Positions 46,333-56,151 of a stretch of DNA of 64,000 nucleotides are shown piece after piece (position 1 is the stretch's first letter; each line of letters begins with the position of its first letter). The notes beneath the pieces are model-generated. The model saw nothing but the letters and a program-made list of their open reading frames with translations. It was not told the DNA's origin and made no database searches. Location of the stretch: assembly GCA_016840165.1 (NCBI GenBank), contig JAEOSU010000048.1, positions 8,364 through 72,363 on the forward strand, written 5' to 3'. The stretch comes from Promethearchaeota archaeon (GTDB taxonomy: Archaea; Asgardarchaeota; Lokiarchaeia; Sigyniarchaeales; SOKP01). The translations under genes and the position numbers were made by a program.

Positions 46333-47925
46333 TTATTTGAAATAGCGATAAATAAGCTTTTTAGCATCAGAAAAAGGATTTATTTTTCCAGTAAAGTGAG
46401 CGAGCTCATATGCAAATTGCTGTTCGAATGACTTTGTAAATACATCTAATTTTTTAGAGAGCACAGGTAAATATTTAGTAGAAATTAAGGCAGAAATGAC
46501 TGATTTTCCGTAAGAAAAGTAAATTTTCACGCCCTCCTTGTCGATAATGTTTAAATTTTTATCCTGATCTGTAATTTCTGAGATTAATCCTATGATTCCC
46601 GTAAATCCACCAGTTATGAGGTCCTCACTAGGGATGTTTTTTTTCTGATCTGGTTTAAAGTCTTTGGTATACAAACATACTGCGGCTGAGTTAAAAACAT
46701 ATAAACTTTGCAATGAATCAGCCCAATCTGCCTCCTTATAGGAAAGTATTTCAGGGAGCGTGCCTATCCAAATAAGGGTGACAATAAGTAAAAAGGGACT
46801 CAATCCTTGCAGATAAAGGGGAATCCAATAAAAAAATGGTGGATTGGACAAATATACTTTATTCAAAGCAAAATGAATTATAACTCCTACAATTAAACCC
46901 ATCATAAACACCAAGAGAAAACTGCAAATCATTCTAGCACGGTATTTAATCGCATTCCTCTCAGTAGAAAAATCAGCTGAGAGGGTGAATAAAATTATAA
47001 AAATTATTGGAATAGAAACTCCAAAAAATATTGAGTTATATATAATTGGGTTTTGAAATATTCCAGCAAAAATGAATATCGATGAAATTATGAGCAATCC
47101 TGCAGAAAATGTCCATTTCCTTCCAAAATTATCTAATGCTACTCCAAATATTATAAATAGAAGCATGAATAATGGAACAAAGATAAATGGGCTAATGATA
47201 AGTTCTCCATAAGTCGAAAAAGCATTACCAAGTATAAATCCAAAAATCAAAAATACTAAGATATAACCAAGGATGTGGTAGGCTCCTGTAAGAATATGAA
47301 AAAAATTTTTATTAGATTTGAGCCTTTCCTCATTTTCTCTATATATGTAGTTTTTTGAAATGTAATAAATCGAAATTAACAAGAAGGATTCAATGATGAT
47401 TATGATAATGGTATTTCCCAAAGTAATAAGCATGATGAGATGAGAAACTATGAAAGAGATGAAGAATAAATATCCTAATAATCTACCCCTATTTAGTATA
47501 TTTGATTCATGAATATAAATGGTTAGAAGATCTATTATGAATAAGCCCGTAGACAAAATCATCAGAGATAATCCAATATGCTGAAAAAAATCTCCAAAAA
47601 GCACTAAAATCAAGCCTATTATAGTAATAGGTGAAATAATTAGTAATAACCTAACCCGATCTTTTATTTTATCGACTATAAATCCCGCAAAAACAATTGT
47701 GAAAAAAATTGCCAGGATAAAGGTTAATCCAAGACCGTTGAATAATAATTCTTGCAGACTAAATTCTAAGATATGCACCACGATAAAGTTTAGGGCTATT
47801 GTACAAAAGAAAAAGCATATAAGAAAATAGAGAAATCCACGTCGAGTTATAGAAAGATCTCGAATGAATAATCTCCGAAATCTAAAGATCTTCGAATAAT
47901 CCTTTAATAATTCTTCAATATCCAT
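46333..47925 (-). CDS. MFS-like 12-TM membrane protein fused to a C-terminal longin-like domain
   Basis: Motif-A-like GFIVDKIKDR and GVALDNFGRK; E..NRGRLLG; C-terminal LYVFNSAAVCLY...DLITGGFTGIIGLISEI. Confidence 0.72.
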   Translation of the reverse strand: MDIEELLKDYSKIFRFRRLFIRDLSITRRGFLYFLICFFFCTIALNFIVVHILEFSLQELLFNGLGLTFILAIFFTIVFAGFIVDKIKDRVRLLLIISPITIIGLILVLFGDFFQHIGLSLMILSTGLFIIDLLTIYIHESNILNRGRLLGYLFFISFIVSHLIMLITLGNTIIIIIIESFLLISIYYISKNYIYRENEERLKSNKNFFHILTGAYHILGYILVFLIFGFILGNAFSTYGELIISPFIFVPLFMLLFIIFGVALDNFGRKWTFSAGLLIISSIFIFAGIFQNPIIYNSIFFGVSIPIIFIILFTLSADFSTERNAIKYRARMICSFLLVFMMGLIVGVIIHFALNKVYLSNPPFFYWIPLYLQGLSPFLLIVTLIWIGTLPEILSYKEADWADSLQSLYVFNSAAVCLYTKDFKPDQKKNIPSEDLITGGFTGIIGLISEITDQDKNLNIIDKEGVKIYFSYGKSVISALISTKYLPVLSKKLDVFTKSFEQQFAYELAHFTGKINPFSDAKKLIYRYFK

Positions 47926-48000
47926 AAAATCACATTCTTAGAGCATTTAATATAAAGTATTTATAATTATAAGTAATTTATGTTATAATTTAAGATGATC

Positions 48001-49059
48001 TTAGTCCAACTTAAACTTTTTAGTAGAATCAATCATCATTTTAACATTTTCGGGTTTGCAGCTTTTATCTAGTTGTTGAGTAGGGCTAACAGTTAACGGA
48101 GCATGGAATTTACGGGATTTAGAAATCAACTTCGTAATATATTCTTTTACCTCAGTAGTGTTACCATATGATAGCAAACTCATATCTAAGTTGCCAATAT
48201 AGCAAATATCTTTTGAATAACGTTTAAATAATTGAAAGATATCCACACCCGCGCTAGGTTCCAAACTCTGAACAGCATCGAATCCCAGATCAATGAATAA
48301 AGGGAATAAATCAGTAATATAACCATCAGAATGAAGGATTATTCTTCCTTTATTCTCATGGATGTAGTTTACAATATCGCTATAGGATGGAGAAAATAGT
48401 TTTTTCCATAATGAAGTTGGAATAAAGGAGCGGTTCTTATAGCCACAATCGTCAGCAATAAGAAAAAATTTAGTACCAACTTTTAATAGCTCGGAAATAA
48501 GTTTTTTTAAGAAGGTTAAAAAAAAATTAATGACATAATAGATAAATTCTATATCTCTCTTTAGCATTTTGGAAAAATAAGAAAATCCCATAGACTGCCA
48601 TGTTTTTTCAAACAATCCTGGTAAAGAAAGGATGAGCATAAGGTGATCTTTTGCTTGAAAGAGATATTTCGAAAGATTATTTAGCTGTATTTTTGGAGGA
48701 AGTGTTAAATATTTCCAAGAATCTATGGTCTTTCTATTTTTAAATACACCATCCCATGTATACCAATTGTCTTTTGTTTTTTTTCTCCCCCATCCATCAA
48801 CTTGTACATCCTCATTTAAGCTATAACCACCCTCCCCGCGTCGGAAATCCCAGAGTGATATAGCATCAAAACCCATCTTAGATATATAAGAGTAATCACG
48901 ACCGTTTACATAAAAAGTATTCTTATTTATAATGAGAGGATATTGAGCTTTATAGTTATTGATAAATTCTGTATCAGGATATCCGGTACAATAGAGAGGA
49001 ATTGAATTTGTAAGCTCTCTTGATAAAACTTTAATAAAATTTATAGAACGATCAAGCAT
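48001..49059 (-). CDS. Uroporphyrinogen decarboxylase / MtaA-like methyltransferase family protein
   Basis: VDGWG, ADDCGYK, ILHSDG, SLEPSAG, GNLD, PEN. Confidence 0.82.
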   Translation of the reverse strand: MLDRSINFIKVLSRELTNSIPLYCTGYPDTEFINNYKAQYPLIINKNTFYVNGRDYSYISKMGFDAISLWDFRRGEGGYSLNEDVQVDGWGRKKTKDNWYTWDGVFKNRKTIDSWKYLTLPPKIQLNNLSKYLFQAKDHLMLILSLPGLFEKTWQSMGFSYFSKMLKRDIEFIYYVINFFLTFLKKLISELLKVGTKFFLIADDCGYKNRSFIPTSLWKKLFSPSYSDIVNYIHENKGRIILHSDGYITDLFPLFIDLGFDAVQSLEPSAGVDIFQLFKRYSKDICYIGNLDMSLLSYGNTTEVKEYITKLISKSRKFHAPLTVSPTQQLDKSCKPENVKMMIDSTKKFKLD

Positions 49060-49178
49060 CCTTAAATTATAACGGTCTAGAAATTAATCATGTTAATATT
49101 GATTAACAATAAATCAAAGAATAATTATTTGATTATTAATTATTAAAATAATTGTTATTATTGGTTAAAGTGTAAATT

Positions 49179-50336
49179 ATGGATGCCTATTGGACCATCA
49201 TTGATGGTGTATATAATACCTCCCTTACTTTGTTCTTTTTCATCTTAATGTTTTTAATGTTTTTTATTGGAAGAAAGGGATTACGGGCAAAGAATAGGTA
49301 TGGAGGAGTCTCTTCTATAATATGTGGTGTATGTTTTTTAATTTTTGGTTTTTATAATTCTCTCTTCAGATTTTTTCCATATCCTTATAATGGATTTATG
49401 ATCTGGTGGATTTCCTTTAATTTATTACTTAATATATTATTTTCTATGACAATTAAAAGGACTAAAACAAAAATGGAAACCAAATCGCTAGGTGATATTA
49501 CATCGAGCGAGAATAGCAAAAAATCTTCGATATTACAAAGATATATATTAAGAATGACGAAAGAGGATCCTTACCAAGAAGATATTACTATCAAAATGGA
49601 AGTAATTCGGAAAAGCTTTCATTTAACAGGATTTTTAATCTTGATTGCATATTATGGACTATTCTTAATACCCCCTTTAGCCCAAATTGTCAATGATAGT
49701 GTCATTGTATTTATAAATCAAGTAAAACCTTCATACAATTTCTTGTGGGGCGCAATTTCGGATTATCCATATAGTATTGGTGATTTTAATGCCGTAATTG
49801 GTCTAACAATGTTTGCTTTAATGGCATCCTTGGTTTTTGCCATTATTTCTGATATAATTAGAATAATGTGGGGTCCAGAATATTCCATCTTTAACTTTTT
49901 AACCAAATCGATGTTAAGAAATAAGGAAAGAAATGCTGCTGGCCCCCAAATCTACATAATTACCGGATTTATCTTTAGTTATATGCTTTATATGGCGGGA
50001 ATCATTCATATTTCAGCTTTTTTTGCAGGAATCTTAATTGCATGTCTTTCAGATGCTGCAGCAGCACTGATTGGTCGTAATTTCGGAAAACATAAAATTA
50101 AGCTAAGAAATAATGAAGTAAAATCAATAGAAGGGTTTGCTGCGGGAGTAATTGTTGCCTATGTAATTGGATTTTTTTTAGTAGGTCCAATCTATGCAAT
50201 AATCGGTGCCGTGATATTTTTTATAACAGATTACTTACCTGCGTTTACTGCAGATAATATTTTAAATCCAATTTTTATTCCAATTGGAATACAATTATTT
50301 ATAGCACTTTTAGGATTACCAGTAGGAATATTTTAA
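49179..50336 (+). CDS. CTP-dependent lipid kinase family (dolichol/phytol/diacylglycerol kinase-like) membrane protein
   Basis: RKSFH, LR.KE, SDAAAALIGR.FG, KSIEG, DNI motifs. Confidence 0.85.
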   Translation: MDAYWTIIDGVYNTSLTLFFFILMFLMFFIGRKGLRAKNRYGGVSSIICGVCFLIFGFYNSLFRFFPYPYNGFMIWWISFNLLLNILFSMTIKRTKTKMETKSLGDITSSENSKKSSILQRYILRMTKEDPYQEDITIKMEVIRKSFHLTGFLILIAYYGLFLIPPLAQIVNDSVIVFINQVKPSYNFLWGAISDYPYSIGDFNAVIGLTMFALMASLVFAIISDIIRIMWGPEYSIFNFLTKSMLRNKERNAAGPQIYIITGFIFSYMLYMAGIIHISAFFAGILIACLSDAAAALIGRNFGKHKIKLRNNEVKSIEGFAAGVIVAYVIGFFLVGPIYAIIGAVIFFITDYLPAFTADNILNPIFIPIGIQLFIALLGLPVGIF

Positions 50337-50366
50337 ACATAAAACGATATATTTTAGTTCATTATT

Positions 50367-51200
50367 ATGTCGCAATTGATTGATGATTTGAAAGATGTTA
50401 GGTTGGCTATATTTGATCTTGATGGAATTGTTTATCGTGGAAATAATGAAATTCCAGGGGTAGCAAACATTATAAAAAGATTGAAAGCAAGGTCCATTCG
50501 AGTTGTGTTTAACTCAAACAATTCGACTTTAACTCGAAAGATGTATGTGGAAAAATTAAGAAAGTTTCAGATAGCCAGTACTATTGATGATATCTTCACT
50601 AGCGCTTACATTACTGCTGAAGAGATCAGTAAGATAAAACTTAATGCACAAATTTATATTATTGGAGAAAAAGGGTTAAAAGAAGAGCTAAAAGCAAAAA
50701 ACCACCAAATATGTGAAGATGTAATAGAACCTAATACTATTGATTTTGTAATAGTGGGATTAGATCGAAACTTTAATTATAAGAAGTTAGCAATCGCTCA
50801 AAACTGCATTTCTCAAGGTCATGCTCAGTTTTATGCAACAAATACAGATGCTACTCTACCAGAGAATGATATTGAACTTCCCGGAGCTGGATGTATGGTT
50901 GCTGCGCTAGAGAGATGTGTTTCTCAAAAACCAATAAGTGTTTTTGGAAAGCCCTCTCCTTTAGGAATAAAAATGATATTAGAAAAAACAAAAATTCAAC
51001 CCTATAATACGGTTATCTTTGGAGATCGGTTAGATACAGATATTATGGCGGGCAATCAAGCAAGAATCAAGACAGTACTTGTTTTAACAGGAGTGACTAC
51101 AAAGGAAAATATCAATGAACTTAAGGAAAAAAAAGATATTATGGAGAACAATTTATTCCCAAATATAATCATCAATTCCTTAGAAGAAATATTTGTATAA
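50367..51200 (+). CDS. HAD-superfamily IIA hydrolase (NagD-like)
   Basis: FDLDG, SNNS, GKP, GDRLDTDI, VLTG. Confidence 0.93.
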   Translation: MSQLIDDLKDVRLAIFDLDGIVYRGNNEIPGVANIIKRLKARSIRVVFNSNNSTLTRKMYVEKLRKFQIASTIDDIFTSAYITAEEISKIKLNAQIYIIGEKGLKEELKAKNHQICEDVIEPNTIDFVIVGLDRNFNYKKLAIAQNCISQGHAQFYATNTDATLPENDIELPGAGCMVAALERCVSQKPISVFGKPSPLGIKMILEKTKIQPYNTVIFGDRLDTDIMAGNQARIKTVLVLTGVTTKENINELKEKKDIMENNLFPNIIINSLEEIFV

Positions 51201-51245
51201 AGGGGAAAATTAATTCCTATCTAGCAATCATATTATGAGATCAAG

Positions 51246-51785
51246 TTAAGAGAATTTTGCACGTTGAATCATTAATTTTGTCATCTCATAAAAAATATCC
51301 TCAACATTCTGGCCATTCTTAGAGGAACACTCAACATACCCATAAAGATTGTATTTTTTCGCCAGTTCATAAGCTTCCTTACTTGAAACTGTTCTTTTGT
51401 ATTGTAAATCCAATTTTCCACCGACCATAATCACCGGAATCTGTTGATAATTACCAATATACCCTTTTTTAAAAATAGTGATCCAGTCATGGAAGTTCTT
51501 TAAACTGGAATATCTGGTGATATCATACATGAAGATTCCTCCAGATGCGCCAACAACATAGCTTGGTAATAAAAAGCGGAAGCGATCTTCTCCAGCAAAG
51601 TCCCATATTTGAAGGCTAACTTTCTTATCATCAACTATGAGTTTTTTAATGTGAAAATCTACTCCAATAGTCATTGTAGAGTTTGATTTAAACACCCCAG
51701 TTAAATAACGATTAACTAAAGTAGTTTTTCCTACACCACCATCCCCAAATAGGCAGACTTTGAACATTACATCGCTTTCCGACAT
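51246..51785 (-). CDS. Rab-like Ras-superfamily small GTPase
   Basis: GDGGVGKT, TIGVDF, LQIWDFAGE, RFRFL...Y, GKLD, ECSSK; no C-terminal Cys motif. Confidence 0.93.
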   Translation of the reverse strand: MSESDVMFKVCLFGDGGVGKTTLVNRYLTGVFKSNSTMTIGVDFHIKKLIVDDKKVSLQIWDFAGEDRFRFLLPSYVVGASGGIFMYDITRYSSLKNFHDWITIFKKGYIGNYQQIPVIMVGGKLDLQYKRTVSSKEAYELAKKYNLYGYVECSSKNGQNVEDIFYEMTKLMIQRAKFS

Positions 51786-52168
51786 AATAACCAGATTTTT
51801 TAACCACAAAAATAGTAGTTAAAATTCAAATTGTATTATTAATAATAGTTGTTTCTTAAAAATTATTAGTTATACAAGATATTAAATATATTTAGTTTAA
51901 TTTCATAATATTTTTTTTTATTTTCAGGTCTTATTGAGTTCATATTAGAAGAGATGAATTGAGAGAAAAAAATGGCAGAATCCGCACCTAATTCTAACTA
52001 TTTTACTTCAGTTGGTAAAGCAAGAACAAGGATAAGTTAAGATCAGATTTTTAAAAGATTACAAAAGAAAGGTAAATATAAAAAGAATAAATAATCTCTT
52101 TATTTTTTACTTTATTGGCTTAAGAGACATGTTTTAATAGACTGATTGCTTTTCCTAATTAGGTCAAT

Positions 52169-53332
52169 ATGGGAACAAAGATCGCAATCGTTAATGTAAA
52201 AGAGTATGATTCTATTCAAGATGCTATTGTAGCCGCGATACAATTGGTGGAAGACTCATTTAAATTTAACATTCTGGATTGTAAAAATATTTTATTGAAA
52301 CCTAATTTATTAAGAGCCACAAAAGATGCATGTACTCAACCAGAATTTGTAGATGGAACATTGGCATATCTAAAACAAAAAAAGATTCCAAAAGAAACTA
52401 TAAATATCGGGGATTCTCCAGGGCAGATAAATACATTTGCTTCAAAAATCGCTCAAAAAGTAGGAATTTATGACGTTGTTGAACGAGAGGGCATAAATTT
52501 TATCGATTTCGAGCGAGAAGTACCTGTTAAGGTTAAAATTGAGGGTGCATTACGATTTAAAGAGTGCTATATATCAAAACCTGTTATTGATTGTGATCTT
52601 CTTATAGATTTGCCAAAGCTAAAGACTCATGGAGAGGCAACGATCACTGGGGCAATAAAGAATTATTGGGGGATCATTCCAGGTGGATTAAAAGCTAAAA
52701 CACACCTGTTAGGTAAAACTGCTGATCAATTCGGAGAGGTGCTTGCCGATAATTATTCATGGGTCGTAAAAAATAAACCTAATCGATTAATTGTATATGA
52801 TCTGCACACTATTATGCAGGGAGCCATGGGCCCTGTGAGTGGGCGGATGAAAAATTGGAATTTAGTTTTAGCAGGTACTGATGAATTGGCTCTTGATACG
52901 GTAGCACTCGAAATTGGAAAGTATAAAGGGCTTCAATATGTACCACATCTAAAAAATGCTTATGAAAGAGGTTTAGGTATCGGAGATTTGAATGAGATCG
53001 AGATTGTTGGAATTCCTTTAGAAGAAGCAAAAAAAATGACGCCTAAATTTAAAGTACCTGGAAGACGCATGACTAAACTAGCAACATCTATTACGGGAGG
53101 GATAGTGTATCGAATCACGAAGCGTATCCCAACACTAATCAAAAAAAAATGCGCTCAATGTGGCCAATGTTCAGAAATCTGTCCTGCTATGGCTATAGAG
53201 TTCAAAAAAAATGAATATCCACGATTTAATCGAGATGTGTGTATCTCTTGCCTATGTTGTATGGAGATATGCCCTCAAGAAGCGATAAAAGCTAAAAAGA
53301 GAGGTTTCTTTGGTCTATTTCATAAATATTAG
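52169..53332 (+). CDS. DUF362 protein with C-terminal 2x[4Fe-4S] ferredoxin domain
   Basis: LLKPNLL, GDSP, PKLKTH, GAIKN..G; CAQCGQC...CP and CISCLCC...CP. Confidence 0.9.
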   Translation: MGTKIAIVNVKEYDSIQDAIVAAIQLVEDSFKFNILDCKNILLKPNLLRATKDACTQPEFVDGTLAYLKQKKIPKETINIGDSPGQINTFASKIAQKVGIYDVVEREGINFIDFEREVPVKVKIEGALRFKECYISKPVIDCDLLIDLPKLKTHGEATITGAIKNYWGIIPGGLKAKTHLLGKTADQFGEVLADNYSWVVKNKPNRLIVYDLHTIMQGAMGPVSGRMKNWNLVLAGTDELALDTVALEIGKYKGLQYVPHLKNAYERGLGIGDLNEIEIVGIPLEEAKKMTPKFKVPGRRMTKLATSITGGIVYRITKRIPTLIKKKCAQCGQCSEICPAMAIEFKKNEYPRFNRDVCISCLCCMEICPQEAIKAKKRGFFGLFHKY

Positions 53333-53387
53333 AGATCATTTATTTCTTAAGAGTTAAAGTAAATTTAAAAAATAACAAAGAAAAATT

Positions 53388-53783
53388 ATGAATTCTGAAG
53401 ATGGGAATAATACTAACAAAAGTGAAAATTTATCCCAATTCCTTACCGAATTGAAGGAAGAAGGTAAGTTTCAAGGAGTTTTGTTATCTTATAGAGATGG
53501 AGAGGATATTTGTAGCGTCTTTAATGAAAGTATTAAAACCATTAACATTCAAGAATTATCTTCAATGTGTGCATCAGTATTGGAGGGTGCTAACAACCTT
53601 AGAAAGTTAATAGGTGAGGAGAAGTTAACCAAAATAGTCACAGAATTAAATTCTTATACTCTCATTATTGTTCAATGTGATAAAAATGTATTTTTAACTA
53701 TTATTGCTGATTTTGATTCCCGTGTAAATCTAATATTAGATTCTATTGAAAAGTATCAAAAAAAAATAATTTTTTTGTATTGA
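53388..53783 (+). CDS. Roadblock/LC7 domain protein (divergent)
   Basis: GVLLSYRDG, ELSSMCASVL, beta-beta-beta-helix C-half. Confidence 0.75.
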   Translation: MNSEDGNNTNKSENLSQFLTELKEEGKFQGVLLSYRDGEDICSVFNESIKTINIQELSSMCASVLEGANNLRKLIGEEKLTKIVTELNSYTLIIVQCDKNVFLTIIADFDSRVNLILDSIEKYQKKIIFLY

Positions 53784-53812
53784 TTCTGTGAATTATAAAG
53801 TCATAACTGAAC

Positions 53813-55078
53813 TTAAGTAGCCTTATCTATGAAATTTATGTATTGAACACATATATCGACTACTTGACCTAAAGCTTCTTTTTCAATGACTTCGGGCGTA
53901 TCAAATCGTGTATGGTAGTAAGGAGCAAGGGTTTCTGAGAGGTTAAGACCTCCGATAGTGGTCGCAGGAATCTCTTTTTTACTAAATGCCGCAGCATCAG
54001 TAGCACCGAAGGGCAGTTTACCTAATTTAGATAAAGGATTGATCTTTTTCGCTATATCGTATATGGGTTTATAAACCTTAGGATCATGGGTAGCTCCTAT
54101 GCCCGGTTCCTTAGTAAGAATTTCCAATATATCTTTCTTTGCAATACCATCCATATTTACAACATGCGTATTAGAAGCTTTTAAATCTCTTAAATGTGCG
54201 CTAATATATCGTTTTGAGCCTCTAAGCCCAGCTTCCTCACCTGCAAAAGAGATTAAGTAGATCCGAGTATGGGCAGGGAACATTTCTGATTCCTTATTAT
54301 CGGATAAACATTTACCTATTCCTAATACAATAGAAACTCCAGACAAATTGTCGAATGCTCCAAGTACAGGTTTGTAGCTATGGAAAAAAACATAGGCTAA
54401 TGCGATTGGAATAAAGGCAAGAAAGAAGATACCAAACCCAAAAAATAGAAGATCAAAACCTATGGAAAGTATTTGAAAGATTATTTTAATTATAATAACT
54501 ATAAATAAAACTGCAACCCCAAAATAACCAAAATTAATAATAATTTGGCCAAATCGCTTAAAATAGTAAAAAGTGTTAAACTCAAACTGCGAATCGTGAT
54601 GAGCCGAAAAAATGATACTATTTTTTACATCATTTTTTGGATTAATAACACCAATAACGTTTTTTGATGTTTTCTTCGGAAACAAGAAATCAAAAAATTC
54701 ATGATACTTCATTACTTCGGTTATAAAATAGCTTATTGTTATTATTACTAAAATTACTGCGATTAAAATAAATAAAAAGCTTACAAACATCGGTAAGGGA
54801 AGGATATTAAGGTCTATTAATAGTGAAAGCCAATAGAGGCAAATAGAAATTAACGCTAATAGTGCACCATACCTAATACCACCTAAAAAAGCGTGTGGAC
54901 TACTGATATATTCTTCTTGATGAGTTGTATCACAGAATTTTTGCATCTCCTTTTCTACTTTATCACCAGCAAGAAGTTCTTGTTCCGTTCCAGACTCTCG
55001 GGGTCCAATTTCATCACAGATGTCTTTAATAAACTGTAACATATAATTATTTAAATTATCATCAACCATTATTATCAT
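53813..55078 (-). CDS. Membrane-bound M28 family peptidase
   Basis: IGPR.SGT..E, AHHDS, GAFDNLSG, GEEAGLRGS, TDA, YHT..D; four TM insertions. Confidence 0.88.
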   Translation of the reverse strand: MIIMVDDNLNNYMLQFIKDICDEIGPRESGTEQELLAGDKVEKEMQKFCDTTHQEEYISSPHAFLGGIRYGALLALISICLYWLSLLIDLNILPLPMFVSFLFILIAVILVIITISYFITEVMKYHEFFDFLFPKKTSKNVIGVINPKNDVKNSIIFSAHHDSQFEFNTFYYFKRFGQIIINFGYFGVAVLFIVIIIKIIFQILSIGFDLLFFGFGIFFLAFIPIALAYVFFHSYKPVLGAFDNLSGVSIVLGIGKCLSDNKESEMFPAHTRIYLISFAGEEAGLRGSKRYISAHLRDLKASNTHVVNMDGIAKKDILEILTKEPGIGATHDPKVYKPIYDIAKKINPLSKLGKLPFGATDAAAFSKKEIPATTIGGLNLSETLAPYYHTRFDTPEVIEKEALGQVVDICVQYINFIDKAT

Positions 55079-55146
55079 CTAACTTATATGAAAATAATAT
55101 TAATATTGAGAAAAACAATATTTTTCAAAAACTTTGGTTTTTTATT

Positions 55147-56025
55147 ATGAAAAGAGATTTTTTGAGAAACGAAACATTTGAAGGCACTTTTCCCTATATA
55201 CCTCATTACCAAGAGATCAACGACTTTCAGATGCATTATGTTGATGAAGGAGCAGGTGAACCAATAGTTATGTTCCATGGCATGCCAACTTGGAGTTATC
55301 TTTATCGAAATTTTATTGAGAGTTTGTCCAAAAACAATAGAGTAGTCGTGCCAGATCAAATGGGATTCGGAAAAAGTGATGTTCCCCAAGATAAACCTTA
55401 TCGACTCGAACAGCACCTGGATAATACCATTAAATTGCTAGTAGGGCTTGATTTACATGATATAACGTTAGTTGTGCAGGATTGGGGAGGTCCAATAGGA
55501 ATTGGTTTTGGAGTTCATCACCCAGAAAGGATCAAACGAATGGTAATTATGAATACCAGTATTGGAGTTATGAAGGAAGGATCTAAACCATGGTATCAAC
55601 CATTAGTAGAAAAAGGGATTTATGAATCGGTTATCTCCAATATTGGAGATCTAGTAAAAAGTGGAATCTATAATAAAAATATGGTCAATGGTATCATGCT
55701 AAAAGCCTATAATGCTCCCTTCCCCGATAAAGAATCACTTATAGGAGCTTTTGCGTGGCCAAAAGATATTCCTGTAGGAGATTCCCATCCTAGTGCTGCA
55801 ATAATGAAAAAGATTAGAAATAATCTAGACGTTTTAAAGGATAAACAGAAAATTTTGATTTGGGGAATGAAAGATCCAATTTTTCCTATAAAAACGATCT
55901 CATGGTGGGAAAAAAGCTATCCAGGAATTAAGAAATTTGAAATCGAAAATGCCTCTCATTTTCTGCAAGAGGATGCTCCCCAAGAAATTATACATATTAT
56001 TCAGAACTTTATAGCCGAGAGTTAA
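55147..56025 (+). CDS. Haloalkane dehalogenase-like alpha/beta hydrolase
   Basis: MHYVDEG, HGMPTWSYLYR, VQDWGG (Asp nucleophile), WG.KD, SHFLQED. Confidence 0.85.
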   Translation: MKRDFLRNETFEGTFPYIPHYQEINDFQMHYVDEGAGEPIVMFHGMPTWSYLYRNFIESLSKNNRVVVPDQMGFGKSDVPQDKPYRLEQHLDNTIKLLVGLDLHDITLVVQDWGGPIGIGFGVHHPERIKRMVIMNTSIGVMKEGSKPWYQPLVEKGIYESVISNIGDLVKSGIYNKNMVNGIMLKAYNAPFPDKESLIGAFAWPKDIPVGDSHPSAAIMKKIRNNLDVLKDKQKILIWGMKDPIFPIKTISWWEKSYPGIKKFEIENASHFLQEDAPQEIIHIIQNFIAES

Positions 56026-56151
56026 TTTGGCATTTTCCATTTGACGCAGCAAATTTTAATTGAATCATTAATTTTTAAACCTCAATAATTTATTAAGCTT
56101 TTTAATCAAAACAATGAATAAATTAAAATCTAAATTAGATGTGATTAGTTT

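Noticed and set aside
49080-49170. Several short inverted repeats in the divergent intergenic region
   Set aside because: Composed almost entirely of A/T; expected by chance at this base composition.
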